Shown: one piece after another, positions 1-8,861 of the stretch | Layout: each line of letters begins with the position of its first letter | How positions within the stretch are numbered: the first letter of the stretch is position 1 | Source: a bacterium | Lineage (GTDB): Bacteria > Patescibacteriota > Minisyncoccia > Moranbacterales > UBA1568 | Assembly: GCA_021821305.1 (NCBI GenBank) | Contig: JAKACP010000001.1 | Coordinates: 748,421-812,420, forward strand | Direction: 5' to 3' | Length of the DNA stretch: 64,000 bases | The notes under the pieces: model-generated | The model's database searches: none | What the model saw: the letters and a program-made list of their open reading frames with translations, nothing else | Told to the model about the DNA's origin: nothing | Translations under genes and position numbers: made by a program

Positions 1-105
1 GGCCGTCCATGACGATGCGATGTTCCCAGATCTCGAACGCGGTCAGCGGCAGGCCGAACACATCATAGTAGGCGATGGTGCCGAGAAGATCCTTGGAGAG
101 AGACA
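1..105 (-). CDS. partial CDS, N-terminal 35 codons only (gene continues past window start), unknown function
   Basis: Reverse strand ATG at 105-103 reads MSLSKDLLGTIAYYDVFGLPLTAFEIWEHRIVMDG and runs off the window. Upstream (106-174) has CTTGT/TGTCACA direct repeats. Confidence 0.3.
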
Positions 106-174
106 TAACGGGTGGCCTGTGACATGTGACAAGGAAGGAATCCTTTTTGTCGCTTGTTTCTTGTCACTTGTCCC

Positions 175-2964
175 TTACAGATATTTCGCGGTCGGGCTTT
201 TCTTGCAGGCCTTGAGCGCAGCCGGCGTGCCGGCGCAGATGAGCTCCCCGCCCCTCTGGCCGCCGTCGGGCCCGAGCTCGATCACCCAGTCCGCGTGGTT
301 GATGACATCGGTGCTGTGTTCGACGACGAGTACGGTGTTGCCCTTGTCGACGAGCGCGTCGAGCACGTCGAGGAGCCGCCTCGTGTCCTCGAAATGGAGT
401 CCGATCGTCGGTTCGTCGAGGATATAGAGCGTGTTGCCGCTCGACTTGCGGGCGAGTTCGGTCGCGAGCTTGACGCGCTGCGCCTCGCCGCCGGAGAGCG
501 TCGGCGCGGATTGTCCGAGCACGAGGTACCCTAAGCCCACATCCTCGAGCGTCCGGAGCTTCTCCTCGATCTGCGGCTGGTCGAGAAAGAACGTGCGCGC
601 TTCGGAGACGGTCATGGAAAGCACTTCGGAGATGTTCATGCCGCGCCACTCGATCGAAAGCGTCTTCTGGTTGTAGCGGCTGCCGCCGCAGGTCTCGCAC
701 GGCGCGTACATGTCCGGCAAGAGGTACATCTCGATCTTGCGCATGCCGGCGCCCTGGCAGGCCTCACAGCGGCCTCCGCGCATATTGAAGGAGAAATGGC
801 TCGCGTCGAACCGTTCGCGCTCGGCTTCGGGCGTCGCGGCGAACAGGTCGCGGATATGGTTGAAGACGCCCGTATAGGTCGCGGCATTCGAACGCGGCGT
901 GCGCCCGATGGGATCCTGGTTCACCGTGATGACCTTGTCGATATGCTCGAGCCCCTCGACCCGATCATGCGCGCCGGGAACCGCGAGCGCGCCGTAGAAA
1001 TGGGCGGCGAGGACGCGGGAAAGGATATCATCGACGAGCGAGGATTTCCCCGAGCCGGACACGCCAGACACCGCGACGAACATCCCGAGCGGGATGTGCG
1101 CGTCCACGCCCTTCAAGTTGTGTTCCGTCGCCCCGATTATGGAAAGGAAGCGTCCGTTCCCCTTGCGGACGGTCTTCTTGTTCGAAACCTGCTGTTTGCC
1201 GGAAAGATAGAGGCCGGTCGTCGATTTCGAAGCCATGAGTTTTTCCGGACTGCCGGCGAAGATGACTTCGCCGCCCCGGCGCCCGGCACCCGGACCGAAG
1301 TCGATGATATGGTCGGCCTTCTTCATGATCGCGCGGTCATGCTCGACGACGACGAGCGAGTTGCCGCCTTCGCGGAGCTCGAGCATGGCATCGACGAGAC
1401 GGTCCGTATCCCGGCTGTGGAGACCGACCGACGGTTCGTCGAGGACATAGAGGATTCCGGACAGTCCCGAACGCATCTGCACCGCGAGCCGTATGCGCTG
1501 TGCCTCCCCGCCGGAGACCGTATCCGCCCCGCGGGAGAGATCGAGATACCCGAGACCCACTTTTTCCACCGCGGCGAGCCGCGCGTCCATCTCGCGGAAA
1601 ATGATGTCGGTCACCCGCTTGGCTTCGCCCGTATACGTCTTGGCGAGCGTCCTGAAAAACGGCTGGAGGTCGGCGACGCTCCGCTTCGACATGTCATGGA
1701 TGGAAAGACCGTCGATCTTCACCGACAGCGATTCGGGCTTGAGCCGACGACCCTCGCATTCCGAACACGGTTTCTTCACCATGCACTCCTCGAGCTCCGA
1801 CCGGAAGTGATCCGATCGCGCCTCGCGGTACTTCTGGTCGAGGATGGAGAGCACGCCGGGGAAACCGCCCTCCTTGCCCTCGCCGGAAAGGATGATGCCG
1901 AGCTGTTTCCGCGTCAGCTTCTTCGTCGGGACGGTGAGCGGGATCCGATGCCGGGCGGCGACCTCCTCGAGCACCTTCATCGGGCCGTTGCCGTTGCCGC
2001 GTTCGCCGCCGGTCTTGGCGAGCGGGCGGATCGCGCCTTCGAGTATCGAAAGGTTGGGATTCGGGATCACGAGATCGGGATCGAACTCGAGCGTCACCCC
2101 GAGACCCGAGCACCGCTGGCACGCGCCGACGGGACTGTTGAACGAGAAATGGCTCGGCGTGAAATCGGCGAAGCTCGTGCCGCACGCCTCGCAGAGGAAG
2201 AGGTTCTTGTACGGATGTTCCACGTCGCCGGCGAGCAGGATCATCGAGCCGTTCCCGACCCGGAACGCCGTCTCGAGCGAGTCGAGTATGCGCTCCTTGT
2301 CCGGGCGGGCCGTATCGAGCACGAGGCGGTCGACGACGATGCCGATTTCCGGTCCGGCGTCCTTGCGGCCGGAGAGCGATTCTTCGGCTTCGCGGATCGT
2401 CATCACTTCCCCGTCGACGCGGACGCGGACATAGCCCCATTCGGACGCCTGCGCGAGCATGGCTTCGGGTTTCTTCCCGGAAAACGCTTCCGGAAAGGCG
2501 ACGAACGCGATCTGAGTGCCGTCCGGGAACGCGAGCATCTCGCCCAGTATTTCCATGGGCGTCTTTTTCGAGAGCGCCATGCCGCATCCCGGGCAGTGCG
2601 GGATGCCTTCTTTCGCGAACAGCAGTCGGAGGTAGTCGTAGATTTCCGTCATCGTGCCCACCGTGGAACGCGGACTGCGGGACACGGATTTCTGGTCGAT
2701 GGAGATGGCGGGGATGAGATTGTGTATCGCGTCGACATCCGGCTTGTCGAACGCCTCCATGAAGTTCCTCGCGTACGAGGAGAGCGATTCCATATACCGC
2801 CGGTTGGCTTCGGCGTAGAGCGTGTCGAACGCGAACGAGGATTTGCCGGATCCGGACAGCCCGGTGATGACGACGAAGGATTCCCGCGGGACGTCTGCGC
2901 TTACGTTCTTGAGATTATTCACTCTGGCTCCTCGGACTTCGATGACCGGTTTCTTCATACCCAT
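175..2964 (-). CDS. uvrA: excinuclease ABC subunit A (UvrA, class I, two ABC ATPase modules plus zinc fingers)
   Basis: The ORF 175..3372 translation contains GLSGSGKSS Walker A twice, LSGGE signature twice, Cys4 clusters, and the VRGARVNNLKNV N-terminus. The first 136 codons of the ORF track are low-complexity read-through. Start set at the MGMKKPVIEV Met (2964, or 2958). Confidence 0.9.
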   Translation of the reverse strand: MGMKKPVIEVRGARVNNLKNVSADVPRESFVVITGLSGSGKSSFAFDTLYAEANRRYMESLSSYARNFMEAFDKPDVDAIHNLIPAISIDQKSVSRSPRSTVGTMTEIYDYLRLLFAKEGIPHCPGCGMALSKKTPMEILGEMLAFPDGTQIAFVAFPEAFSGKKPEAMLAQASEWGYVRVRVDGEVMTIREAEESLSGRKDAGPEIGIVVDRLVLDTARPDKERILDSLETAFRVGNGSMILLAGDVEHPYKNLFLCEACGTSFADFTPSHFSFNSPVGACQRCSGLGVTLEFDPDLVIPNPNLSILEGAIRPLAKTGGERGNGNGPMKVLEEVAARHRIPLTVPTKKLTRKQLGIILSGEGKEGGFPGVLSILDQKYREARSDHFRSELEECMVKKPCSECEGRRLKPESLSVKIDGLSIHDMSKRSVADLQPFFRTLAKTYTGEAKRVTDIIFREMDARLAAVEKVGLGYLDLSRGADTVSGGEAQRIRLAVQMRSGLSGILYVLDEPSVGLHSRDTDRLVDAMLELREGGNSLVVVEHDRAIMKKADHIIDFGPGAGRRGGEVIFAGSPEKLMASKSTTGLYLSGKQQVSNKKTVRKGNGRFLSIIGATEHNLKGVDAHIPLGMFVAVSGVSGSGKSSLVDDILSRVLAAHFYGALAVPGAHDRVEGLEHIDKVITVNQDPIGRTPRSNAATYTGVFNHIRDLFAATPEAERERFDASHFSFNMRGGRCEACQGAGMRKIEMYLLPDMYAPCETCGGSRYNQKTLSIEWRGMNISEVLSMTVSEARTFFLDQPQIEEKLRTLEDVGLGYLVLGQSAPTLSGGEAQRVKLATELARKSSGNTLYILDEPTIGLHFEDTRRLLDVLDALVDKGNTVLVVEHSTDVINHADWVIELGPDGGQRGGELICAGTPAALKACKKSPTAKYL

Positions 2965-3049
2965 AGGAAACGCTCGCGCGGAATAAAAGTCGTTCTCCAG
3001 CATACACCGGAATCCGTCCGCTGTAAACCGCCGCCCCGGCGCAGGGATT

Positions 3050-4339
3050 TCAGGCAAGGAAGTCCTTGCCGCGACGGCGCCGATGGTACCCGATCGCGAA
3101 CCGGTGTGCTTCGGCGTTGGCAAGGAGGATGTCCCGGCGATACTCGGCGATCGCCGTCCCGTCGCCCTCGAGACGTTCCGGCTGGTGCTTGCGGTTCTTG
3201 ACCACGCCGACGATCCGGACATCGCTCCAATCGGCACCCGCGAAGAGGCGCTCGGCGACGCCGAGCTGGAGGAACGATCCGTCCACGACGACGATGTCCG
3301 GCTTCGGCCATTCACGGTGCCGGAGCCGCCTCCGCAGGATCTCCTCGAGCGCGGTGAGATCGTTGCCGGCATGCCCGCCGCGGAGAAAGAATTTCCGGTA
3401 CTCGTCCGTATCCGACACGCCGTCTCGGGTCACCGTCATCACCCCCACGCTCGACTTCCCCCCGAGGTGCGCCACGTCATATGCCTCGATGCGTATTCCT
3501 CCCGTTTCCGCGTCCGCGGATCCGGCTTCCCGTTTCAGGAGGGAGACGTCCCGGATATGCCCGAGCGCGAATATGGTCGCCTTGGTATCGTTCGCCCGCT
3601 CGAACTCGAGCCGCGACGCTGCGGCATGCATCTCGCGCGTAAGCTTCCGCACGATTTCGGATTTCTTGCCCTCGAAAAAGAGTTCGATGTTCCGGATGAT
3701 GCGCCCGTATTCCCGGGCGGATATCTCGCCGGTACAGACGCCGGGGCAGAGTCCGATCTGTCGATGGAAGCACGGCTTCCCTTTTTTTCGTATCTCGTGT
3801 CCTGTATCTCGTGTCTTTCCGATTATCGGGACGCACTTGTCACGGAAGGGAAATATCGTCCGGACGATGCGCACCGCTTCCCGAAGCTGGGTGCCGTGCG
3901 GGAACGGGCCGTAGACGGATCGGATCGGCGCCACGAACTTCCCCTCCGCGAGGTCGCGCCCGCGCACGACGAGCACGCGCGGATATTCCTCGTCCGTGAT
4001 GACGACGTGATTGAAACTCTTGTCGTCCTTGGCGTCGGTATTGTACGGAGGCTGGTGCTCCCTGATGAGCCCGGACTCGAGCACGATCGCCTCGAGGACC
4101 GAGTCGACCCCCTGCCAGGATACGCTCCGGACGAGCTCGAGCATCTTCGCGATCTTGGGGCCGCGCGTCGCGAGGATGTCGGACGCGAAATAGCTCCGGA
4201 CCCGGTCGCGCAGACTCGTCGCCTTGCCGATATACAGGATACGACCGTCCTCATCCAGGAAGAAATAGACCCCCGGGGTATCCGGCAGTTTTTTGAGGTT
4301 TCCCGTATCCGTCGTGCCGTCGAATCTCGGTGATTTCAT
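3050..4339 (-). CDS. uvrC: excinuclease ABC subunit C, short form (GIY-YIG + UvrBC-interaction + RNaseH-like endonuclease domains, no C-terminal HhH)
   Basis: GVYFFLDEDGRILYIGKATSLRDRVRSYF GIY-YIG motif. The true start is MKSPRFDG at 4339 with an AAGGGGAA SD. 430 aa against ~600 for canonical UvrC. Confidence 0.85.
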   Translation of the reverse strand: MKSPRFDGTTDTGNLKKLPDTPGVYFFLDEDGRILYIGKATSLRDRVRSYFASDILATRGPKIAKMLELVRSVSWQGVDSVLEAIVLESGLIREHQPPYNTDAKDDKSFNHVVITDEEYPRVLVVRGRDLAEGKFVAPIRSVYGPFPHGTQLREAVRIVRTIFPFRDKCVPIIGKTRDTGHEIRKKGKPCFHRQIGLCPGVCTGEISAREYGRIIRNIELFFEGKKSEIVRKLTREMHAAASRLEFERANDTKATIFALGHIRDVSLLKREAGSADAETGGIRIEAYDVAHLGGKSSVGVMTVTRDGVSDTDEYRKFFLRGGHAGNDLTALEEILRRRLRHREWPKPDIVVVDGSFLQLGVAERLFAGADWSDVRIVGVVKNRKHQPERLEGDGTAIAEYRRDILLANAEAHRFAIGYHRRRRGKDFLA

Positions 4340-4378
4340 AGGTATTCCCCTTGTACCACGCCCACCGCGACAAGGCAC

Positions 4379-4407
4379 TTTACATTCGTAAAAAAATATG
4401 TTATAAT
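4379..4407 (+). promoter_or_regulatory. sigma70-type promoter TTTACA-17-TATAAT for the 4443 gene
   Basis: tttaca at 4379-4384, 17-nt spacer, tataat at 4402-4407, then GGAAGGAG SD and ATG at 4443. Confidence 0.55.
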
Positions 4408-4442
4408 GATATTTCGTAACTTGAAAAGGGAAGGAGCGGAAA

Positions 4443-4760
4443 ATGGCCGTACACGACCATGAAGTGGTAGGACTGGCGAACAAAGTCATCGAGTTTCTCG
4501 GAAAAACACCCGAGGATGCGAAGCGGGCCCTTGGGCAGGGAAGCTACACCGATGCGCTGCTCGAGAAGGCGGCGTCGGAACTGAACATCACGTTTCGCGA
4601 CCGGGCACGGCACATCTACGTGGCGGGAGCCGTCCGGGACAGGATCACGAGAATCCTCTCCCGACGGACGCGCGGAGAAACGAAACCGGGCCCGATGGGC
4701 AAACCCCCGTCGCCACGCAGGACGCGTATCGAATACACGCTCACTCCGGAAGACGATTGA
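4443..4760 (+). CDS. small hypothetical protein (105 aa), monocistronic
   Basis: Strong promoter and SD upstream, intrinsic terminator immediately downstream. No family recognised. Confidence 0.6.
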   Translation: MAVHDHEVVGLANKVIEFLGKTPEDAKRALGQGSYTDALLEKAASELNITFRDRARHIYVAGAVRDRITRILSRRTRGETKPGPMGKPPSPRRTRIEYTLTPEDD

Positions 4761-4767
4761 ACGGCTG

Positions 4768-4797
4768 CAGGCAAGCAACGACTTGCCTGTTTTTTTC
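4768..4797 (+). terminator. Rho-independent terminator (caggcaag-loop-cttgcctg + T8)
   Basis: 8-bp GC-rich stem at 4768-4775 / 4782-4789 followed by tttttttcg. Confidence 0.6.
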
Positions 4798-4848
4798 GTC
4801 GAAAAAAAGAAAAGGCCCGAGCGTGGTCGGACCTTACGAAGACGGGAG

Positions 4849-5298
4849 TCAGTAGAATTCGGATGAGCGGATATTCTTCTCCCTGATGATTGCTGCAAGT
4901 TTCTCGAGCCGTAAGGCGACATAGCTGTCGGCTCCGCGCTTGTCGCGTATGCCGGTATGCCGCGAGAACGCCCCCATATCCCCGGCGAAGTAATCGAGCA
5001 GAGCCCGCGATTCGGTCGGCGACACGCTCTTGAGAAGGAGGCCGATCAGGAACTCGACCGCCTCCACCCGTTGGATGATCGATTCGGGACTTTCCGATTC
5101 GACGCCCATCGACCTCAATGATGTCTCGGCCGACGCGCAGCCGGGGTCCCCGCAGAATTCCGGAAGTCCGCATCCGCAGACCCCCTGGGCGTGCGGGATT
5201 CCCAGCTGTTCCGCCCGTGAAGCGGCCGCATCGGCGAACAGCGCCAATATCCTCCGTTCCCCGGTCCGGTGATTCCCTGCCAGTGCGAAGTCACTCAT
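4849..5298 (-). CDS. hypothetical Cys-rich protein (149 aa; GVCGCGLPEFCGDPGC cluster)
   Basis: GAAAGGGGAA SD 6 nt before the ATG at 5298. Possible metal-binding Cys cluster. No confident family. Confidence 0.5.
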   Translation of the reverse strand: MSDFALAGNHRTGERRILALFADAAASRAEQLGIPHAQGVCGCGLPEFCGDPGCASAETSLRSMGVESESPESIIQRVEAVEFLIGLLLKSVSPTESRALLDYFAGDMGAFSRHTGIRDKRGADSYVALRLEKLAAIIREKNIRSSEFY

Positions 5299-5329
5299 CT
5301 CATTCCCCTTTCCCTTCGGTGTGAAAACA

Positions 5330-5359
5330 ACAAAAAAACCATCGGATTATCCGATGGTT
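5330..5359 (-). terminator. Rho-independent terminator for the 5387..5722 gene
   Basis: aaccatcgg-attat-ccgatggtt hairpin followed, on the minus strand, by T7. Confidence 0.55.
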
Positions 5360-5386
5360 CAGGAATAACACGGGCGCGGACACCCG

Positions 5387-5722
5387 TCAAACGGTTTTCG
5401 TGTTCCGCCGAAGCGTCGCGAGGCCGGATTTCGCTTTTTTGACCGACGACGAAGGTTTTTTACCGCACATCCGATCGGCGATGCCCGTCACGTTACGAGG
5501 CGTTCCGTCCCTGCCGATACGGTTGTACACGGAAAACGACATCGATCCGTTCCTCAGTTCATAGAGACTCCTGATGAACGACCACTCCACCCGATACATG
5601 CGCTCCCCCGCTCTCGACCGGATTTCGGTGTCGGACGCGCGGCCGGATGCGGCAAGCTCCGCGGCGATCGCCTCGTTCGTGAGGCTGTTCTTCGGTTCGA
5701 CGAACCACTGATACTCGGACAT
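5387..5722 (-). CDS. hypothetical protein (111 aa), second gene of a two-gene operon
   Basis: AAAGGAG SD 6 nt before the ATG at 5722. 18-nt gap after the upstream gene stop. Terminator follows. Confidence 0.55.
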   Translation of the reverse strand: MSEYQWFVEPKNSLTNEAIAAELAASGRASDTEIRSRAGERMYRVEWSFIRSLYELRNGSMSFSVYNRIGRDGTPRNVTGIADRMCGKKPSSSVKKAKSGLATLRRNTKTV

Positions 5723-5743
5723 CACACACTCCTTTCATCGACT

Positions 5744-6088
5744 CTACTCATCCCCGTAAAAATACACGTCCCGCCCATGGGCGATATCGGCGAACATCGC
5801 GCGGATCACCGGACGGTCCTCCTCCGGGATGGCATCTATGTCTTCCACTTTCTTGCCTCCCTCATCCGCATAGGGTTCCGAACCCGTTCTCCGATATCCG
5901 GCCACGACGACATAGCGGCTTTCGGCGGGGTGCGAGCGCACATGATGATAGAGGATCATCCGCTCCGTCGCATCATCCTTGAAAACGATCTCCTCCGCGG
6001 GCGAGGCTACGCTATACCCGCCGCTCGGATCGACGTAATCCGTGATATCCCACCCGTCGAGCAAGCACCTCCATCTGGCGACTGTCAT
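5744..6088 (-). CDS. hypothetical protein (114 aa), first gene of a two-gene operon
   Basis: AAGGAG SD 6 nt upstream of the ATG at 6088 (MTVARWRCLLDGWDITDY...). No family recognised. Confidence 0.55.
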   Translation of the reverse strand: MTVARWRCLLDGWDITDYVDPSGGYSVASPAEEIVFKDDATERMILYHHVRSHPAESRYVVVAGYRRTGSEPYADEGGKKVEDIDAIPEEDRPVIRAMFADIAHGRDVYFYGDE

Positions 6089-6158
6089 GATATGACTCCT
6101 TTCGCAATGTAAAGAACAGCGGGAATATCCTGTCACGAAAAGACCGGGGCGTCAACGG

Positions 6159-6602
6159 TCAGAGGTCCTCGTCGATCTCGAGGCGATCGGTGCCGTGCCG
6201 ATCGAACTCGTGTCGGTATTTCCGATAGTACCACTCGACGCGCTCCGGGAGCTTGCCGGTCTTCTCGGCCGTATCGATTTCCTCGTCCGAACCGTAGAGG
6301 AAGAAGTCCCGCTCGCCGAGCCGTCCCTCGAGCTCGATCCAGAAGGTATCGTCGTCATACGCGCCGAGCACGCTCTCGACGAGATCGTCGAACGCTTCGC
6401 TCGGAACCGTCTTCCCTTCCTTTTCCTCGAGCCAGTCGTCGATACCCGCCCGGAGCGCCGCGCCGAAGAGCGCCTGCCTGGCCGCGCGCGCCGGACCCAT
6501 GTCGGCACCCGTCACCTCACCGACCGCCTCGCGCATACGGAACCCCGCCTCGGCGGAGAGGAGGATTTCGCGCAGCTCTGCATCGGTGAATTCGTTTTTC
6601 AT
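6159..6602 (-). CDS. hypothetical acidic protein (147 aa, D/E-rich)
   Basis: Start at internal Met (MKNEFTDAELREILL...). The upstream part of the ORF track is Arg/Pro-rich read-through. Confidence 0.45.
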   Translation of the reverse strand: MKNEFTDAELREILLSAEAGFRMREAVGEVTGADMGPARAARQALFGAALRAGIDDWLEEKEGKTVPSEAFDDLVESVLGAYDDDTFWIELEGRLGERDFFLYGSDEEIDTAEKTGKLPERVEWYYRKYRHEFDRHGTDRLEIDEDL

Positions 6603-6661
6603 AGTCTTGAAGCGTACCTCGTTTCCGGGGAGGCGGCAAGCGCCGGGTCCTACGATCGGGG

Positions 6662-7222
6662 TCACCGCATCCTCTTCCGGATCTCGCGATGGTCCGGTAT
6701 CGTCCGCGCGACGAGATCCCAGAACGCCTCGGAATGATCGAACGAGGCGAGGTGGCAGAGCTCGTGCACGACGACATAGTCGGCCATCTCGGGCGGAAGA
6801 AAGAGAAGCCGCCAGTTGAAGGAGAGATTCCCTTGTTTTGAACAGCTCCCCCACCGGGTCTTCTGGTTCCGGACGGAAATACGGCCATACTCGAACCCGT
6901 AGAACCGGTTCCAATGGCGCACGCGTTCGGTGATGAAGGCGAGCGCGCGTTCGCGGTGCCGCCCGTAGTCATCCGTTCCGCCGCGGGAAAAGAGCGACGA
7001 CGGGTCCCGCACGGGTCGATCGAGTTTGCCGAATATCCACTCCGCCTTCTCACGGAGGAACCGTTCCGCGAAAAACGTCGGAACGAAGCGCGGCATGCTC
7101 ACCGCCACCCGGCCGTCGCACGATATGCTCATCCGGATGCGCGTCGAGCGGCCGCTCCGCCTGAGCTCATAGGTCAACGTCCGGTCTCCGAGGAGGATGG
7201 TCTTGCGTGCCGATCGGCGCAT
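6662..7222 (-). CDS. DUF45/YgjP-family zinc-dependent hydrolase (HExxH, SprT/WLM-like fold)
   Basis: HELCHL zinc motif, WGSCS and FNWRLL motifs typical of the YgjP/DUF45 family. Start at MRRSARKT (7222). Confidence 0.7.
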   Translation of the reverse strand: MRRSARKTILLGDRTLTYELRRSGRSTRIRMSISCDGRVAVSMPRFVPTFFAERFLREKAEWIFGKLDRPVRDPSSLFSRGGTDDYGRHRERALAFITERVRHWNRFYGFEYGRISVRNQKTRWGSCSKQGNLSFNWRLLFLPPEMADYVVVHELCHLASFDHSEAFWDLVARTIPDHREIRKRMR

Positions 7223-7486
7223 AGGCGAAATATGAGACTGTCCGCTCGAGCGGAAAGAGCCGTCAATGGAATGTCGGCGCCTTCGGGCCGTCCTCGTCCT
7301 CGCCGGTACCGGGATCGGTCTTCCCGTCGTCGATCTGTCTGATGAGATCATCCACGAGATCCGGCGGGATGGGAAGTTCGTGCCGCTGTCGATCGGGGGC
7401 GGCGTCAGGCACGGTCTCCTGGAGGCCCGGACGCACCTCCGGGATTTCGAAATTGTTTTCCGGGTTCATCATAGAGGCAGGACGGA

Positions 7487-8119
7487 TCACTGTCCCATCA
7501 TATTTTTCACGTCTTCCGGCAGTTCCGGCATCTGTTCCTGGTACTGCTTCATCATCTCCGTCTGCTGTTTCAGCATCGCGCACTGATCCGTGAAGACGAT
7601 GTCGGATGGGACGGAGACATCGACCGAATCGGCTTCCCGGCACGAGATACCCGGGATATTGCCGATGGCTTCCTCGGGCGCCGCGTACTGCTCCTGCACC
7701 GGTGCGTCGCCGGTCTTGGGGAGATCGTCCGCCAGATCCTTCATGCAGTCCATATCCATCTTCATCCCCTGCTTCGAACCCTCGAGGAAGCTGTGGATGG
7801 TTTTCCCGTCGGAAATCGAGATATAGGTCCCCTGCGGAGTCTCCACCTCGGTCCGATAGCGGTCACGCTCGGCATACATTTTCACGGACGTTTCCTGGGC
7901 GTCACCGCCCGTCACCCGATATTCGCACACCATGGACTTCCCGGCCGCGAGCCCCTCTATCCACTGCGCGATACCGCTCTCCTCCTGCGACTGCTCCACG
8001 ACCGACGGCTGCTCGTCGCCCGCCTGCGGAGACGCGTCATCCCGCATCATGAAAAATGCCGCCGATGCGGCTCCGACCAGCAGGATGAACGCTCCCGCCG
8101 CTATCATCGCCTTGTTCAT
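7487..8119 (-). CDS. hypothetical membrane-anchored/secreted protein (N-terminal TM helix, 210 aa)
   Basis: MNKAMIAAGAFILLVGAASAAFF hydrophobic N-terminus followed by an acidic soluble domain. Confidence 0.5.
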   Translation of the reverse strand: MNKAMIAAGAFILLVGAASAAFFMMRDDASPQAGDEQPSVVEQSQEESGIAQWIEGLAAGKSMVCEYRVTGGDAQETSVKMYAERDRYRTEVETPQGTYISISDGKTIHSFLEGSKQGMKMDMDCMKDLADDLPKTGDAPVQEQYAAPEEAIGNIPGISCREADSVDVSVPSDIVFTDQCAMLKQQTEMMKQYQEQMPELPEDVKNMMGQ

Positions 8120-8251
8120 AGGTATGCGTTACCGGTTACGATGTCAGTATACTCCTCCGCGGCCTGTCGAGAAAGCCTCCCGACGCTCCCATGAAACGCG
8201 GCCGTCGGATTTCTTTACGGGGGCAGGAAAATCCGTTACACTGACCGCGTT

Positions 8252-8794
8252 ATGGTCAAAAAACAGCAGCCAACCGAACAACGCCCGCATGAAAGCCGTC
8301 TGGAGCGGCTCGCGCTCGACGCCCCGAAGCGCGTCGGCTCCCCCGAATCGCTCCTCTTCCACACGATATTCTTCGTGGGGATTTTTTCCCTGGAATGGTT
8401 CGGCGTCCCGTTCGAGCGGATCCTCCTCGTCCTGACCACGGTCGTCTCGCTTGAGGCGATCTACCTCGCGATCTTCATCCAGATGACGGTGAACCGCCAG
8501 GCGGCCCAGATCGAGGAAGTGAGCGAGGACGTGGAAGAACTCTCGGAAAACGTCGAGGACATATCCGAGGATGTCGAGGAGATTTCCAAGGATATCGACA
8601 CCATCCAGGAAGACGTGAAGGAGATCAGCGAGGATGTCGAAGAGATCAGCGAGGATGTCGAAGAACTCGGCGAAGAGATCGAAAAGGACGACAAGGAGGA
8701 CGCGGCGGAACGCCATCAGGACCTGCGCCGTATCGAGCGCGTGGAATCCGTCCTCGAGGAGCTGCTCCGGGAAATCCGTGACATGAAAAAATGA
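8252..8794 (+). CDS. DUF1003 family membrane protein with C-terminal acidic coiled-coil
   Basis: LEAIYLAIFIQMTVNRQAAQ matches the DUF1003 signature (TM + SQNRQ-like motif). TTTACG-17-TACACT promoter 9 nt upstream of the ATG (near-leaderless). Confidence 0.7.
   Translation: MVKKQQPTEQRPHESRLERLALDAPKRVGSPESLLFHTIFFVGIFSLEWFGVPFERILLVLTTVVSLEAIYLAIFIQMTVNRQAAQIEEVSEDVEELSENVEDISEDVEEISKDIDTIQEDVKEISEDVEEISEDVEELGEEIEKDDKEDAAERHQDLRRIERVESVLEELLREIRDMKK
8524..8690 (+). repeat. imperfect 21-bp tandem repeats (heptad EDVEEIS units) inside the DUF1003 gene
   Basis: gaggatgtcgaagagatcagc repeated back to back at 8631-8672, with degenerate copies upstream. Encodes an (E-D-V-E-E-I/L-S)n coiled coil. 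Confidence 0.7.
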
Positions 8795-8861
8795 TCGACG
8801 CCGCGCCGATGCCGGGCGGACACAAAAAGGCCCCGACTGATTCCAGTCGGGGCCGAACGTT

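Noticed and set aside
106-174. CTTGT-rich direct repeats (ttgtcgcttgtttcttgtcacttgtcc) and TGTCACA-TGTCACA tandem upstream of the partial first gene
   Set aside because: Possibly a regulator binding-site array, but it is short, at the window edge, and the downstream gene is unidentified, so it was not elevated to a finding.
796-3201. 801-aa plus-strand ORF (and similar long ORFs at 9994..12594, 15838..17865, 19154..21124, 21209..23164, 26451..27875, 45371..47059)
   Set aside because: They are antisense to genes with unambiguous family-level identity (uvrA, uvrA paralog, uvrB, beta-propeller, Pif1, SulP, large membrane protein). Long stop-free antisense frames are expected at this GC content. 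Translations are Arg/Asp/Gly/His-rich low complexity with no motifs.
4849-5298. Cys-cluster protein as a zinc-dependent anti-sigma (ZAS) factor
   Set aside because: Spacing is H-x4-C-x-C, not the ZAS H-x3-C-x2-C. There is no adjacent sigma gene (the nearest sigma factor is 3.5 kb away and separately transcribed).
7263-7643. 126-aa minus-strand ORF (or its 69-aa internal-Met version starting at 7472)
   Set aside because: No SD or promoter. Acidic/Pro-rich low-complexity translation. It overlaps an equally long plus-strand ORF. Could be real (14 nt after the upstream gene's stop) but unsupported.
8524-8690. 21-bp tandem repeats as a possible CRISPR-like or minisatellite array
   Set aside because: They are in frame within a coding region and encode heptad coiled-coil units. 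There are no spacer-like unique segments of constant length.
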